A DNA stretch of 63,666 nucleotides, counting the filler, from Basidioascus undulatus (Eukaryota): the NCBI GenBank assembly GCA_000826855.1. It is 8 parts of 8 records of this genome, joined end to end, with 100 filler letters (N's around TTAATTAATTAA, not from the genome) between each part and the next. Parts side by side here need not be neighbours in the genome. Positions count along the whole stretch, not along the records: positions 31,936 to 39,782 come from JTLS01001475.1; positions 39,883 to 47,752 come from JTLS01001476.1; positions 47,853 to 55,715 come from JTLS01001477.1; 5 more parts are not named here. The stretch is one strand, 5' to 3'. Shown here piece after piece: positions 32,649 through 49,598 of this stretch. Under the pieces are notes generated by a model. That model worked only from the letters and a program-made list of their open reading frames with translations, was not told the DNA's origin and did not search any database. Numbering within the stretch: the first letter of the stretch is position 1; every line of letters begins with the position of its first letter. Both the position numbers and the translations under genes were made by a program.

Positions 32649-35246
32649 ATGACCGAAAACACACCTCCCACCCCCGATCTGGTGCTCCACGGCGAGGGAG
32701 ATCCTGCTCTGGAATATCGCGAGCTGACGATTCTGTACGCAACCGAGACCGGGAACGCGCAGGACGTCGCCGAGCGCCTTGGGCGGGAGGCGAGAAGGCG
32801 GCGATGGAGGGCGAGGGTGGTAGATGTTGCGGAATTCGATCAGGTTAGTCATTCTCCCGAATATGTTGTGTAAAGGAATCTGAATTGGAGAGGCGCAATC
32901 TGTGGCCGGAGTGATGGGTGTACCGGCGACCGACGGGCGGCTTGTGGGTGCGGTCTTCTCGCTTCTGCGCTGCAGCGTCCTCTTCAGAGCAGTCGTTCGA
33001 AAACCTACTCACAGTCAACTTACAACCACATCTGAACTATTTTCTATGCAGGCCGACTTAATCCGCATCCCGCTCCTCGTCTTCATCCTCTCAACGACCG
33101 GCAACGGCGCCCATATCACTTCGTTCCAGCCGCTGTGGTCAACTCTCCTCCGTGCCGATCTCCCGCCCGATCTCTTCTCGCACGTCCAGTATGCCGTTTT
33201 TGGGCTTGGCGACAGCGGCTATGCGCGCTTCAACTGGGCAGCGAAGAGCATGGACCGGAGGATGGAGACGCTCGGTGCGGAGCGGCTGGTCGAGCGTGGG
33301 GAGGGCGATGAGCGGCATTATCTTGGGTGAGTCTCCTCAATTCCCGGCACCATCCTAAGGTGTTGAATGTCTGTGTTGCATCGTAGGATCGATGGCGCCT
33401 TCGGGCCGTGGTCACAGTTCCTCTTCTCCGCGCTCGATCAGCTCGAACCGCTTCCCCCGCATATCCAGCCACTTCCCGAGTCCTACACACCTCCTCCTCG
33501 CGCCCGCCTCAACTTCCTCTCCAAAAGCGGCGCGGCGCCCCCATCTCATCCGCCGCCTATTCCAGACGCGCAGAAGGGAAAGATAACCAAGTTCGAGCGC
33601 ATGACAAGCGAAGATTGGTGGCAGGACGTCCGACGTGTGGAGCTTGATTTCGAGGAACCTATCGAGTGCGTCCCTGATGCGGTTTCAAAAAACCTCCAGA
33701 TCATACTGATATTCTGCGGCAATTCAGCTACGACCCTGGCGATATCGCAGTCCTCTACCCTTCCAACCCGCCTGCCGCGGTGGACTCGCTCCTGTCCCTC
33801 CTCGGATGGTCGTCCAAAGCGGATGAACCCCTCACGCTGCAAGCCTCCTCCTCAGGTTCGTCTTTCCGAGTTCCTTTCTTCTCAGTCCGCCCACCCTGTC
33901 ACGTTACCCTGGTCTTTTCAGATCAACCTCTTCCTCCATCTCTATCTCCCTTGTCTCGGACTCCGACTACCCTCCGCCTCCTTCTCACACACCACCTCTC
34001 GCCCTTCTCCGTTCCCCGCCGGACGTTCTTCGAGTTCCTCACGCACTTTGCGCAAAACGATCTCGAGCGAGATCGACTGAAGGAGTTCCTGACGCCCGAA
34101 GGCGGGGTGTGTCTCATCGTCGGTCACCAGTTCGGGAGGCGTGATCCGTCTGACTCGAAGGGACCGACAGGATGATCTCTTCGAATACTGCACGCGCGTC
34201 AAGCGCACTGCCGCGGAGGCGCTGGCGGACTTCAAGTCCGTGCGGATACCGCTCGAGTACGTGCTGGACGTCTTCCCCGAAATGCGGCCGCGCAAGTTCT
34301 CCATCGCAAGCGACATCCAGGTTTGCCTTATCCACTGTCTCTGCCTGGGATAGTCCCACTAACAGTTTGGGCTCTCATGCTCAGACTCATCCGCAACAAA
34401 TTCACCTCTGCATCGCGCTCGTCAAGTACAAGACAAAGCTGCACGCACCGCGCCGGGGCGTCTGCTCAACTTGGCTCAAGTCGCTTGCTCCCGGTCTGTA
34501 TTCCGCTTGAAACGCCTGCTTTCGTTCATACGCTCACAAATGTCCTCTTTCTTTTTTTCCCTCCTATGCGCAGGCTCTGAGATCTCTGTCAATCTCGAAA
34601 AGGGCACGCTGCCGCTCCCGTCCTCGCCCGACACGCCCCTCATCCTCGTCGGCCCAGGGACGGGCGTTGCGCCAATGCGGGCATTGCTCGAGCGGCGCTT
34701 CAGACAAGGCTCGAAAGGTGCGCAATCTGGTTGCGTGATACAAAGTTTCCCTAACCTCAACGCTGTCGCGCGCAGAGAACACCCTCTACTTCGGATGCCG
34801 GAAGCACGCCGCCGACGCCCTGTACGAAGAGGAATGGACGAAAGCGGAGCAGGAAGGAGCGCTCAGCTTCCGGCTGGCGTGTTCTCGAGATCAGGTACTT
34901 ATTCCTGTGTCTTCCCAGGCGAGTATGTGCTGACCTGCGGTGGTCCTGATCCCAGGAACAGAAGGTCTACGTGCAGCACCTGATCCAGCGCGATGGCAAG
35001 CGCGTCCATAACATTCTCTTCAAGCGGGAGGGACTTTTGTACATTTCCGGGTACGCTCGCTTTTTACATCGCGAGGCATACATTTCTGATTGCCCCCTTC
35101 ACAGGTCTTCTGGCCAGATGCCCAAGGCGGTTCGCCAGGCGCTCGCGTGGGTCGTAGAGGCGATAGACGGTGTCGACGCCGAGACTGCCACTCGCCGCGT
35201 CGAGGATTTGGAAAGGGAAGGTCGTTTGCGGGAGGAGTGCTGGTGA
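32649..35246 (+). CDS. TAH18: NADPH-dependent diflavin oxidoreductase 1 (Tah18/NDOR1), about 11 exons
   Basis: ILYATETGNAQDVAERLGRE, STTGNG, YAVFGLGDSGYARFNWAAK, DWWQDVR, PRKFSIAS, ILVGPGTGVAPMR, FGCR, KVYVQH, GSSGQMPKAVR, and C-terminal REECW*. No N-terminal membrane anchor. Confidence 0.93.
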
Positions 35247-36837
35247 GCGAGGATATGAGATGCAAATTTCGGGCGGCCTCCTTGAAACGATGGAGGCGAG
35301 GCGGGAGGCAGTGGCGGGACGTCTGACAGCTTCGCCGCCTCGCTCGCCCGACGTTCGTTCGTTCTGTCGATCTTGCTCGTGCCGCGGAGAGCGACTGCTC
35401 GACATGATGCCCATCACAGACCATATAACTCAACCTGCGCTGCTGACTCTCCTTCCCATCTTACCTCCCACGCGCATCGCATCGAATCTCCCTTTCACCA
35501 CTCAACACGCCTATCAAACACCATTCCCGTCATAAAGCCCTAGAATTGGGAATACAAGATTAGGGGCACTGGATCCTGTCAAATTCCTTTGGGCTCTTTC
35601 CCGACACCGCCTCGTCGAGACACTTTTGGATCGAGCTGTGATAGGATGTGTATAGGCGGCTCAGACGGGTCGAAATCTGGGCGAGCGACTCGCTCTCAGA
35701 CTTTCGTGTTTCCCAACACCGAGGTATTGAAGACAAGAAACCAGAAGCAGCGTACATCTTGTACCGGGTCAGGCCTGGTCTGGCTATTTACCACTGCGAC
35801 CTCAAGCGCCCCCTCCCGCTCCAACCCCTCGATCTCCTTCTGGAACTGTTGGCTGTGCGACGGTGCCCTGAATCAGGACATGCATTCAAGGGATGAACGT
35901 TCGCACTCACCGCACAGGGAAAAGTCTTTGACGTTTCCAATCTCTCCTGCCTTGGCGCAGTCGAGACACTGCTCGAGCGTGTCTTGATATTCCGCTTGGA
36001 CACGGAGGTTTGCAGGGTCTGAAAGAGTTTATCAGTCTGAAATTCAGCTTTAAATCACTTACGTCCACGGTGGTGTGTGTCGACGAGCCTCTTGACGTAC
36101 ATCCGACATCAAGCTTGAGGTAGTGATGTTGTTGTTACTATGAGAGTGGGCTGAAGAGAAGGCGGACAAGCCCAGTGGAGAATTTTCATACTCCAAAGGC
36201 CATTCTGAAGTTCTGGTGTTCAGAACTGCGCTTGGAGCCGTGGTCTGCGAACGTTGACCCGCTTACACGCCTTCTGCCAGCGTGTGATGCGTGGACATAG
36301 CGCGTTCGTGTGCCGAGTAGCAAGCTGATGGTGTGCGCGCATGGTGTGTGACCCTATCCAAACTCATGGTGAATAGCAGTAGTATCAGCTGCTGTGAAAG
36401 AAAGCCCCGCGGCAAGGTCTGGTATGACATTGGTGTGGCCACGCTTCCGTCGCACCGCGTGGAAGGCTGGCTGCGCAGAATAGGCAGATGGAAGGGGATA
36501 ATTTATCCAGGGTAATGCGGGTTCATATTTTCAACTGCTTGTAGACAAATTGCAAACGTTACCAAAAGACTATAATCAACTGCAGCGGATATCCCGGGTG
36601 CATTTTACACGGCGGAGTGAGTCGCGGACACGGGTGGGGATGGATCAACATGCTCAGTATTATGCTTGAAAGAGTCAGTTTATTCTAATGAGCTCGAGGA
36701 ACCCTGTGAGCGGCAGAAGTCAGGGCGTCAGGACTTGCAGCACGACGGTCAGCGAGATCAGGTCCACATGTAGTTCGCAGTCTTTTAGCTGTCTACACTC
36801 CTGGCAAGCCCAAAACAACACTTAATACAGCATTTAA

Positions 36838-37296
36838 TTATACGAATACTTCTTCGTACCCACGCGGCATCTCCTTATTCCGTCCATCCTCCATCACGCC
36901 CAGCACGAACCTCTTCTCCCTCTGCGGCCTAACCCCAAAGAACGTGTCCGACTGAACCTTCATCGCTTTCGCCATCTCCACCAGCTCCTCGGGGGTATAT
37001 CCTCCTTTGCCTTCCGCTTCTTCTCCTTTCGCGGGTCCCCACCGCGACCGGCTGCGCGCCGAAGAACGCTTCACGTTGACGTGCATCTCCTCGACTTGTG
37101 TGCGTCTGCGCTCGAATGTTGCCTGCGCCTCGTCGGAGTCGTGGAGAGTTGTATAGTCATCTTCAAGGTGAATCGGGACCCGGGAACGGGGAGGAAAGAT
37201 GGCAGCGAGGACGGAGCGGGTCGACCGGACGTGCGCCTTGCTCAGCGGGCTCGGCGTGCAGTTTGTGCGCGCGGTCGGAGGACGAGAAGCGTTCAT
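36838..37296 (-). CDS. Hypothetical protein (152 aa, single exon)
   Basis: Intact ATG-to-TAA ORF with protein-like composition (GYTPEELVEMAKAMKVQSDTFFG). No recognised domain. Confidence 0.45.
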   Translation of the reverse strand: MNASRPPTARTNCTPSPLSKAHVRSTRSVLAAIFPPRSRVPIHLEDDYTTLHDSDEAQATFERRRTQVEEMHVNVKRSSARSRSRWGPAKGEEAEGKGGYTPEELVEMAKAMKVQSDTFFGVRPQREKRFVLGVMEDGRNKEMPRGYEEVFV

Positions 37297-39782
37297 TGTG
37301 TTGGGTCTGTGGGTGGTAAGAGACGGAGGGTGGAACGGAGGGCAGGAGGGTAGACGCCATTATACCAGGACTGGCGAGCACTGCCGATCTATCCGTATCT
37401 GGCGACGCGAAGGACGCAAACGCAGCTTACGCGCCTCCGGCCTCTCCCACCCAGCGGCGAGTGGGCGCGTCAGTTCGGAGAGGGATCTGAGTTCAAGTGA
37501 AGCTTACGTGACAGCTTCAGGCTGAACAGAGGTCACGCACGTAGCGGAAGAGTTGACGGAGGAGGCGGCGGGGTAAAGCCGGGGCTCGAAGCTTGAGTCC
37601 TTCTCTTTCGTGATTCGAAGGATCTGCAACAGCGTCGCCTCTGTCCGGAATCCGGACTGCTCTTGGGCTGTTCTCCCCTATGGAGGCTGCACCGCTTGAT
37701 CAAATTAGACAAATAATTTTATGATCTGTCGGTGGGAACCACGTCTAGATTTGAGGAATCGACATGCGCGGCTGTGGGCGGCGCGGGAGGTGAAGCAAGC
37801 TGGCTGTCGGGCGAGTGCCCGTCCGACCCGCTGTCCAATGTGCCATCAAGGGCCCGCATTCTTGAGGGGATCAAGAATGGTTTGAAATACTTATGTTGAA
37901 GATGTGTGGAATTGCGAGCTCCTATTCGCTCCACTGTCCAGGGACCAGACGACAACATCTAGAAGATGTGTAGAGCGAGCTTTGACCGGCTTGGACCGCG
38001 TGCCGAATAAGGAAGACTTGATGTGTCGGGATGTGCATGAAGCAAGAAGGGTTCGAAATCGGGCTAAGTATATGTAATCAAGGGTAAATATGTCCTTGCA
38101 CATTGGGAAGGGGATGGCAGCAGACCGCAAGCGCCTCGAAGACGGATCCTGCGACGAGACGAGCGCTGGAGAGTGTACAGTACCAGTTACGCCTAAGAAG
38201 AGTGCATGCCTATCCAGAGAGTGAACATGTGGCAAGTCCGCCTCCACAGTCTCTCCTCACGACACGTACTTTGCGTGCCTCCAAACTGCAGGTCATCCTC
38301 CTTCCGCTGAACGCAGCCTGCAAGCTTCAGCTGGACGTCTGCAGCTTCCCGTTTATCACATCATCCCGATCTTGATGTGAACTCCCCATAAGTTCAAGAG
38401 CACGTTGCATTAGCAGCGTCCATGCAAGCACGATGCGGCTGACTGGCTCATCCATCCAGCTCGCTCCGCGCTCCTGTCGCTACGTACGCACACAAACGCC
38501 ATGAGGCGAACGAATCTCTCAGGTGTTTGGTGACGCACAGATGATGGTACAAAATGGGCAGCTTGAAGTTTGAATTTCTGTCGTACCTTTGGGCCGCTCC
38601 CGGGAAAGGCTGCTACACAGAAGTTGCCCTAAACCTCTGCATTTGGCGGCCGATCAAGCCTCGGCGTGTAGGATAGCAATTGACAAGTGCAGTCCGTTGT
38701 AGAAAGGACATGAATTCAGGAACAAGTTGCAAACTGTGCCCTAGAACCAAGAACACATTCGCGAACACGTCATTGCGAAATGCGACACCGCGCTTACAGG
38801 CTTACAGGCTCGCCTCAGCTGGCTGTGTTCATAACTTCTCAACGCTCCTTTCAGATACAGTCAGGCACAGACTACTTGACTGAACTAAACTGAGATTTTT
38901 TAACCGTCAAGGTAGCTGCTTTATGCTTGAAAACAGCGACGATAGGCCGGCCGGTAGCACCGACCGCCAACACACGTACTTCAGCGGACACTCGCTGGCT
39001 GCTGCCCTTCCCTACTCCCGTGCACCGTTCGATGAACGCACTTGAGCTAAGTATGGAAAGCGACGAAGCGAGACGCAAGGTGGGACGTGGAAACGCTCGA
39101 GATGCGCAGCCCCGCGAGTCGCGACGAGCCCAGTGCGCAGAGGCCGGATGACCCCCCCTTCCGTCCACCCATCTGCCCTGTTCCTCTTTCCCCACGACCA
39201 CCGATGCACAAACGTCCAATCCGAAAGCAGGACGCGAAAACGCCGAAGACAAAATGCGAAGCGTTCATGTGACATGCTAGTATCCGAGCAAAGCCAGCCC
39301 GATTTCCAAAGAGTGAGGGTCCGATGTCAGAAAAAACGAGAGAGAATGAGCGTGCGTGCGAGTGTGCGGGTCGGGTGGATGGTATAGATACGGTGGGATG
39401 GAACGAGGGTAAACGTTGTGGGGGTAGTGTGTGGGGAGGGATATCGTATGGTGTGCGCGTGGGTGGGTGTGCGCGTGGGCAACAGGCGTTGCGGCGTTTA
39501 TGTCGTGCCTTCTCGTCTCTCCCTCTACGTATCTTCCTGTCCCGCCTCCCACCCCTTCTCCCCGCACTCTCATCAGCCATCCCGTCCCTTCCTCCTCCCC
39601 AAAAAGCAAACGCACCTCTTTCTCCTCCCAATACTCCACCATCGCCAGCCCCACAGCGACCCACCATGCTTCTCCCAAGCCCGAATCCTCGACGGCGCGT
39701 CCATCAAGCTCAAACACCCCGCGCGTGGCGGAGCCGAGCCAGGGGGGCGTGGAGTCCCGGAATACGAGGAGGGGGTGGGGCG

Positions 39783-39882
39783 NNNNNNNNNNNNNNNNNN
39801 NNNNNNNNNNNNNNNNNNNNNNNNNNTTAATTAATTAANNNNNNNNNNNNNNNNNNNNNNNNNNNNNNNNNNNNNNNNNNNN
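39783..39882. other. Artificial contig spacer
   Basis: N44-TTAATTAATTAA-N44. Confidence 0.99.
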
Positions 39883-40161
39883 TGCCAAATCAGATCTGCC
39901 CTCCGTCCCTAGTCCCCCCCCCCCCCTCCCCTCTCCCCTCTTTACCTCACCATTTCCGCGCTACCCGCACTATTTGGCATCTTCGCACACGAGCCACACA
40001 CACAATCACAATCACAATTCGCGCATGTTGTATCCGCCCACCCGCCATGCATTTCGATACCAGAGCACATGGGCGCGTCGTCTCCTTTTCCTCCCTCCCT
40101 CCCCACACCTCATGTTCGCCATTCTTCCGCCGGGGTGGGGGGGAGCCTTGAGCGGGCCGCC

Positions 40162-42156
40162 ATGAGCGCCAAACTTGCCGACCTTGTCGACTTGAGCATC
40201 GCTCCACCCGACGCCTAAGAACTCGAGCGCTGACGACGACGCCTCTCCCCGGTCCTCTCTGCGCAGACGCCTCGCCTTCGGAACCCGTCCCTGAGCTGTC
40301 CGCGTCCGAGTTCCCGCCTCTGCCGACAGCTACGCCCACTCTCGCCCCCGCGACCGCTGCTGCTCCCGCTCCCGCGACGGAAGAGTCTACTTCAGTAGCT
40401 TCGCTACCGCAGTCGGCCTCCTCCAGCAGCCTCGTGAACGTGATAGTCAAGACGGGCGAGAGCGCGCTCCACCTCCCCTCGCCGCGCAGCAAGGCCGAGC
40501 TCCGCGCTGAACGTCGCGCGCAGAGGCAAGCCCTCAAGAAGGCCAAGGCTGCCGTGACCACTGACGAGTCAGGCCAGGCATCGCCGGCAGTCCCCGGTTC
40601 GCCCGTCGCGACCAGCTCCGCAATCGCGAGCTCTGTCGCGGGCGACGAGCACGCCACGCGCGCCGAGACGCCCATGAGCGAGGCGCCCGCTTCGCCCGTT
40701 GTCAAGAAGGCGTCCGCGGTGTCGTCCGTCGCGCCCACTTCGACGAGGTCCGAGTCGCCCGCGCCTTCCGCGGCGCTCAGCAGCCGCCTGGCGTCGTCGT
40801 CGCAGCCGGACACGCCGACGATGAAGCCGATCAAGGTCATCCCGCAGTCGATGCCGATCCCCAACCACGACTACCGCTCGCGCTCGTCGGGCGCGTCCCG
40901 CGCCGCTCGCAGGCCGCCCCCGCCCAAGATCGAGCTCTCGCTCGGCAAGCCCGAGGAGCAGGCGCCGGTGTTCACCCGCCAGACGAAGAAGAGCAAGTTC
41001 CAGGCGCGCACGGCTGCCGGCAGCAAGAAGAAGGACAAGAAGAAGGACGAGTCGCCTGCAGCGGCGCTCAAGAAGGAGAACGAGAACGAGACGGCGACGG
41101 CGACGACGCACTCGGTCGCGAGCTCCGTCATTGGCGAGGAGGACGCGGTCGTTACTGGCAGCGAGGCGGGGTGTGGTAGCGAGGCGGCGGTGCGCCCTCC
41201 GACGCCGCCTCCGTCCCAGCCTTCCGTGCCTTCGCCTTCGCCTTCGCCGTCGCCGTCACCAGCCCCGCCTGCCGCTACAGCGACGGACAGGCTCGCCGCC
41301 GCCGCGTCGGGCTCCGTCACGCTCTCGGACCTCGCGGAGCTGCTCTCGGAGCTCTCGCTTCCCGTGCCCGTCGAGTCGCTCTCGTTCTTCAAGAACCAGC
41401 CGCCCCCGATCAGCACGGAGCCGCTCGGCCTCAACGCTGTCATGCTCGCGCTCGGTCTCTCGTCCGTCACCGACGGCGGCACGTTTGCTGCCAACCTTCC
41501 CGCCGACTCGATCGACACTGCTGTCCAGTCCTTCCAGGTACGTTGATCTGTTTCGGGATGGTTGTATCGACCTCGAGACTTAATGTTGGCCGGGTTCACA
41601 GGACACGCTGTCTCTTCTTGCCGAGACGATCGGCTCCCTCCTCCGTCTCATCCCGCACTCGACGTGGGACGAGGGCGTGAGCTTCGACGCCGCCCTGCGC
41701 GACATGCTCGACATGGGCCCCGAGTCGTCGGACATGTTCGAGAACGGCGCGGACAGCGGCAGCGGCGAGCAGTCCAGCGTTGTCGCGCTTCTCGGCCGGC
41801 GCGCGAAGTGGATGCAGGCGCAGCTGAGCCGGCTCGAGGAGCTCCACGTCTCGATCAACAACCTCGCCGTGCGCTCGACGCTCGTCAACAACGCCCGCGG
41901 CTGGGGCGCTGGCGGCGTGCACGTCGTCCGCACCGTACAATATGCGCCTGACCCGCGCCCGCGCCCAGGCCAGGAGGGCTTCGGCAAGGTGCTCAGCGAG
42001 GACGGGTCGTGGAGGGCCATGACGGTCAAGGAGCTCGAGGCCGCGGTCGAGAAGGCTAAGGCGGAGGAGGCCGCCGTCGAGCACTCGCTCAAGGAGGTCG
42101 CCAAGGCCAATGCGAGGTCGATCGCGGAGCACTTCTCGGTCGAGGGGGCGGCGTGA
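40162..42156 (+). CDS. Hypothetical Ser/Pro/Ala-rich protein with a helical C-terminal region (start uncertain)
   Basis: Long GC3-biased exon to about 41537, intron GTACGT...CAG (about 41538-41601), and a second exon to TGA 42156. The ATG at 40162 needs frame corrections to join the main exon. Confidence 0.7.
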
Positions 42157-42474
42157 GATGCAGGACTGAGTCACCTTGCATGCTTTATGTTCTTCCGCGC
42201 TTTCATCTCCATATGCGCATTCATTGATATGCTGAAACTATATTGTACAATATTGCGAGTGCCGGGCTCGAGCTGAACTTGATCGCCAATTCGTTCAAAA
42301 TTTGTTGCAATTCGTTACCGAAAGAGTGCAGTACCGGAAAGGCCGCGGAAGGCAGGCGTGATCGATGCTCGCGTGGGAGTCGCCTCTTGCACCCTCACCA
42401 TCTCTCGAGCTCTTTATACTGTCTTCCCTTCCATCTTGACCCTATAAACAGTCCGCTACACCGAATACGCCGCG

Positions 42475-45139
<2,665 letters not shown>

Positions 45140-45839
45140 GGGACGTTGCGTTGCTGGGACGCTGGGACGCTGGGATGCCGGGGGCTATTTCTCGGGTGGG
45201 ACGGGCAGATCTTGTATGAGTCATACTACCAGTACGCCGCGGCGTGGTATTGCATCTCACTCACGCTTGCATGACTATTTTTCGCCATGATTGCTCGCCG
45301 ACGTGCTCGCACACTTACTTTGCTCTACAGCGCTTTGCAAAAAGCTTGCCGAGCGCGCATCGGCCCGGGAGGGGGTGCCTCATCCAGCAGCGCCCCAGTC
45401 CCCGCGGGATCGCGCCGCCAGGCCACCGGCCAGCGTTGGAAATGGCTGCTGGGACGTCTTAAGGTCAAACTGATATTGAGGACTTCTGATTAAGAATGCT
45501 AAGGAATCAGAGAGCCTTAATAGTAGATGTTTGAGGCCACCCGACGCTGTCTACAATAAGAGCCGTGCAAGAGGGCAGTTCCAAGCATGCCGAGTTGCGA
45601 AACGGACTAAGCCCAGCTCAAATTCCACACAGAGCACATCATAACCGATTAATTGAGTTGCCCAGAGTTGAGAGTTTCCGAGCCCCATGGTTTCAGCGGC
45701 ACTCTGCACCTTGAATGGCGCTCAACCTCCTCCTCCTCCTCCGCATCCTCATCCTCTGTATCCAGGCCCTCAGCTCACCGCAAACTCTGAAAACGTGTTC
45801 AAGTTCATAAGCCTGTCCAAAGAGAGAGGCCAATGTAGC

Positions 45840-46800
45840 TGGTTTCTAATGCCCGTCCAGCTGCCCTTCCCCCAAGCCAATGCTTCCGCGTTGATATCGG
45901 CGCGGGCAGTATACTCTGTCGGTGTCCTCGCGGACGAGGAGGTCACTTCGGCGTTCTGGCTGCCTCGCGCTACTGTACGCCTTTCCGTTCATCCTCGCTT
46001 TCTTTCCCTCCACCACCGTGACTGTTCGCACTTCCTCTTCAACAACAGTCTCCGACCATCTCATCCTACGCCCACCTCGACCCCTCCCTCGACCCACTCC
46101 TCGCGCAATCAGTGCACGACCCCAACGCCTTCACCACGCACCTGCCAACATGGGACTCCCTTCGTCGTCCTCGACAAAGCACTCTCCCTCAGCCGGCGTA
46201 TCACGCGCCTGCACGATGGCCCGACCGAGGACGAGGAGGACGAGGCGGATGAGTTCGACCGTCTGCGGCGCATCCGTGCCAGTAGCGAGTTCGCGGAGCT
46301 CGGCGAGCTGTTCGCAGCGTCCCATGCGAGCTTGCCTGAGAGTTTGGTCGCCGAACATGAGCTGGAGGAGTAGGACTGGCCGTATAATGGTCCGAGGCGG
46401 TTTACGGCGATGAGTGTTACGTACGGGTGAAGCTGCATGATTTCAACTCGCTGTGAGGGAGGGATCCCTCAGGAAAGGACACGCAGGTTCGATTTGCTCC
46501 TGCATGAGATTCACGTCGAGCATTCTCCCGAGTCGTCGGAAAAATGCACCAAGGCCGCCGCGGACATCGTCGAGCTCATCACTCAGCTGGCCTCGCCCAA
46601 GTTCGAGTTCGGCAAGATCAATCTGGCGGTCACGTACGCTCTCTATCCACCCCTCAACTTACTCCCCCAAAACCCTCTGACATCTTTCCGGTTAAGCCTC
46701 AACTGGGCCAGAGCCGCCCAAGTCTTGTTGGAAGGCTGGCGTCGTACGCTCGAAGAGAAGGATTGGGCGCGCTGTCCACCTGCAAGCTGGCGTCCAGGTC
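45840..46800 (+). pseudogene. Degenerate gene resembling the C-terminal region of a fungal transcription factor
   Basis: Exon-like segments LLLHEIH...SSEKCTKAAADIVELI...FEFGKIN and LNWARAAQVL. In-frame TAG at 46371. Confidence 0.3.
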
Positions 46801-47752
46801 GTCTTCCACGCATACCGTCGGCTGGGACAGATATGGCCGTTCGCAGGTAAAGTTCAACTCCAGATCTTTCTGACGTGGCGGACTGAAACGTGTTGCGGTT
46901 TCCCGACCCAGCCATGCGGGCGACGCTGCTGCAAAGGGATTCGTTGACGAACCATCTGGGTATCGCTGTCAGACACCTGTTTATTCTGGGGCGTTTGTTT
47001 GCTTACATGAAGGTACGAAGTTACGCCGATGTGTGTCGTAAGCTGCCCCGCTAAGCCACTGAGCCTGGAAGCCTCCTCGAGCTCCAAGTGCTTTCCTGTG
47101 TCTCGTGTACGAGCTTGATTCATCCACCAAAAGAAATATATTTACAAAAAGGTGAGACCCAGCCGTTCGTGGCTGCAGTAACGACTGCAGCTGCGAATCG
47201 AGCTATTTTCTGCCACGGCGATGGATCGCTAATCCTTTCAATATTACACCGCGACTACGTTGTCAGCTAGCCTACGTTTTCTTAATGCAGCTCCTTCAAG
47301 AACAACGTCCTAATTCCCAGACAGGTCGGGCCCTCCATGGTAAAGAACTGTATACTGTCGCGTCTTCGACCCAGCTCAACGCAAGCAATGTTCCGCTGCC
47401 AGGTCCGCACTGCCATCTCGACGTGAAAGGACACCTCATCTGCATCCCTCAACTCAACTCCAGCCCAAAACGCTCCCAAAGTTCACTCAACCGCTACCCG
47501 CACCAGCGCGCACCATGCGCTCACGGCACACGCACGCCGCGCCTCGTGTGAAGAAGCATTCATCAATCGCATCTCTTTGATTTTCACCCCTACGACGATG
47601 CTGCCCTTAAAGCGGAACGATATGACATCTGAAACCGCCTCGTCAGTCACGCTCCCCTTGAATGGGTGTTCGCCTGTGGGACGGATACGCACCCAAGCAG
47701 TCCCCTCCCGCCCCACCCACTCCTCGGGACAAGGCCGCGCATTGCCCGAAAA

Positions 47753-47852
47753 NNNNNNNNNNNNNNNNNNNNNNNNNNNNNNNNNNNNNNNNNNNNTTAA
47801 TTAATTAANNNNNNNNNNNNNNNNNNNNNNNNNNNNNNNNNNNNNNNNNNNN
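47753..47852. other. Artificial contig spacer
   Basis: N44-TTAATTAATTAA-N44. Confidence 0.99.
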
Positions 47853-49598
47853 CAAGGGCGAGCGAGAGGTGATGGCGAGAGGCAGGCGACGAAAGGGAGA
47901 CGCGCCAGCGGCAGGGCCTCTGCGCCCGCCGCTCCGCCGCAAACTCCTCTGCCGTGCGCACTCGCACCGCTTTCTGACTTGTTTCAATGTAAAACTTGCT
48001 CTCGATACAACCACCTGCATAAGGCCATTCGTCGTAAAGACAGATATGTTTGCCGAGGCCTACTTCCAAATTTTGATGAAAATGGACCGACCGCGCCTTT
48101 TCCGGCCTGCAACCGGGCCCAGGCTCGTTCCGGGTGATTTTACCTCGGCTCAGCTGGATGGTACCATTCCCTGCTTCACGCTGCCCCCCGTACCATCACA
48201 TATTCAGCTGCTATCCTCCTTTCGGCACTATGATTTAAAAAGAAGAGTGCCCATGGGACAGAAGCTCTGCACGGCGTTCACACGATGTGTCATCGTGCAT
48301 TCTGTGGCTTGGTCAGCGCTCTTCAGTCCCACTTTCAAAATGAAGGAATGGTACCGGTACTGCCTCTTGATTCTTGTCTAACTGACAAAGAGACTGCAAC
48401 GCAACGGCCTCTTGCTTCCCGCTTGCGTGCCCGTTCGCCAAGAACGAGCGCCTGAGCGGGTCCTCGGCTGAGCATGAGCACAAGTGCAGCTTGCCCAATA
48501 AAGGCTGGTTCTCGGTCGCCCCATACTGAAAGATACTGCCTACGGTAAAAGAACGAAGAAAGGAATCGGGTTATAAGAGACGCAGAACATCATTGGCACG
48601 AGTTGAACTGAAGCGTCAAGCTGCAGTGTTGAAATTTCTTTCAGGCAGTGCAGACCAGCAACGGGCCATTAACGTCCTGTCTGTTCTCCCGATATGTGTT
48701 CCCCACAAGCACCCCCCAAGGCCAGGACAGGGCGGCATTCTGTGCTAATCGAAAAGCCTTCTTCGACTGTACAGTTCACCATCAGGCATGCAATTTCATT
48801 CTCAGGTGCTGCACACGCCAGTCCTGTTCTCTGTGCTAAAGCCATGCCAGGCGAGCGCCATGGCGAAGAGCATTGAGCCTTAACCCCGACGCATCTGTGC
48901 ACATGACTGTCCATCTGGCGCTAAAGGCTGCCGAATTTTAGCATCAAGCTCTCCATTACACTCAGTTGATATCACCAGCCGCAGAACCAGTTTGAAGGGG
49001 ATCAGTGCATGCGTGGAGTGCCTGTTGCTGGTGAGAATTTGTTGAGACAGCCTATGTTGGCTGAGGCCAGAATTCTTGTCGCCCCTTCTATAGGGAAAAC
49101 TATAAAGAGACCGTTCAGGGAGCCAAGGTGCTTTGTGATGCAAGATGTAATAGCCGGGTTGAACGAAGGCAGACCGCATAGCACAAATCCACGTCTACAA
49201 TGATGCCCTTTGATATTTCAGTGGACAGCAACTTCATCCATCATCAGCTCCTTTCAACATACCAACCCCACTACGTAAGAAAGTGTTTTGCTGCGATATG
49301 AGACGCAGACGCAATGCAGTCAGAATTTCGTCCTCGAGCTATCAAAGCTGCCTGCCCACATGTCGACAGTGGAGACAAGTCGTTTGTATGGTGTTCATAA
49401 TACACGCGGACTAGATGGAACGCGTTCCAAATGCATGGGCATGAGGGGCCAATGTCTCCGCCGAGGTATCTCAATCTCCCGGAACTCCCGCCGCGTCTCC
49501 CGGTTCTGCAACTTCGATCGATGGTGGGTCACCAAACGGGACCGCCCTGCCCTCAAGGTATTGCGCTGCGGCGGATTGCTCCAAGGTACTTGGACGTG

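Noticed and set aside
35600..36102. Small spliced minus-strand gene candidate with canonical donors
   Set aside because: Exon phases do not give a convincing product and no domain is recognised.
37570..37620. GGGGCTCGAA resembling a reverse-strand tRNA T-arm
   Set aside because: No complete T-loop consensus or cloverleaf could be built.
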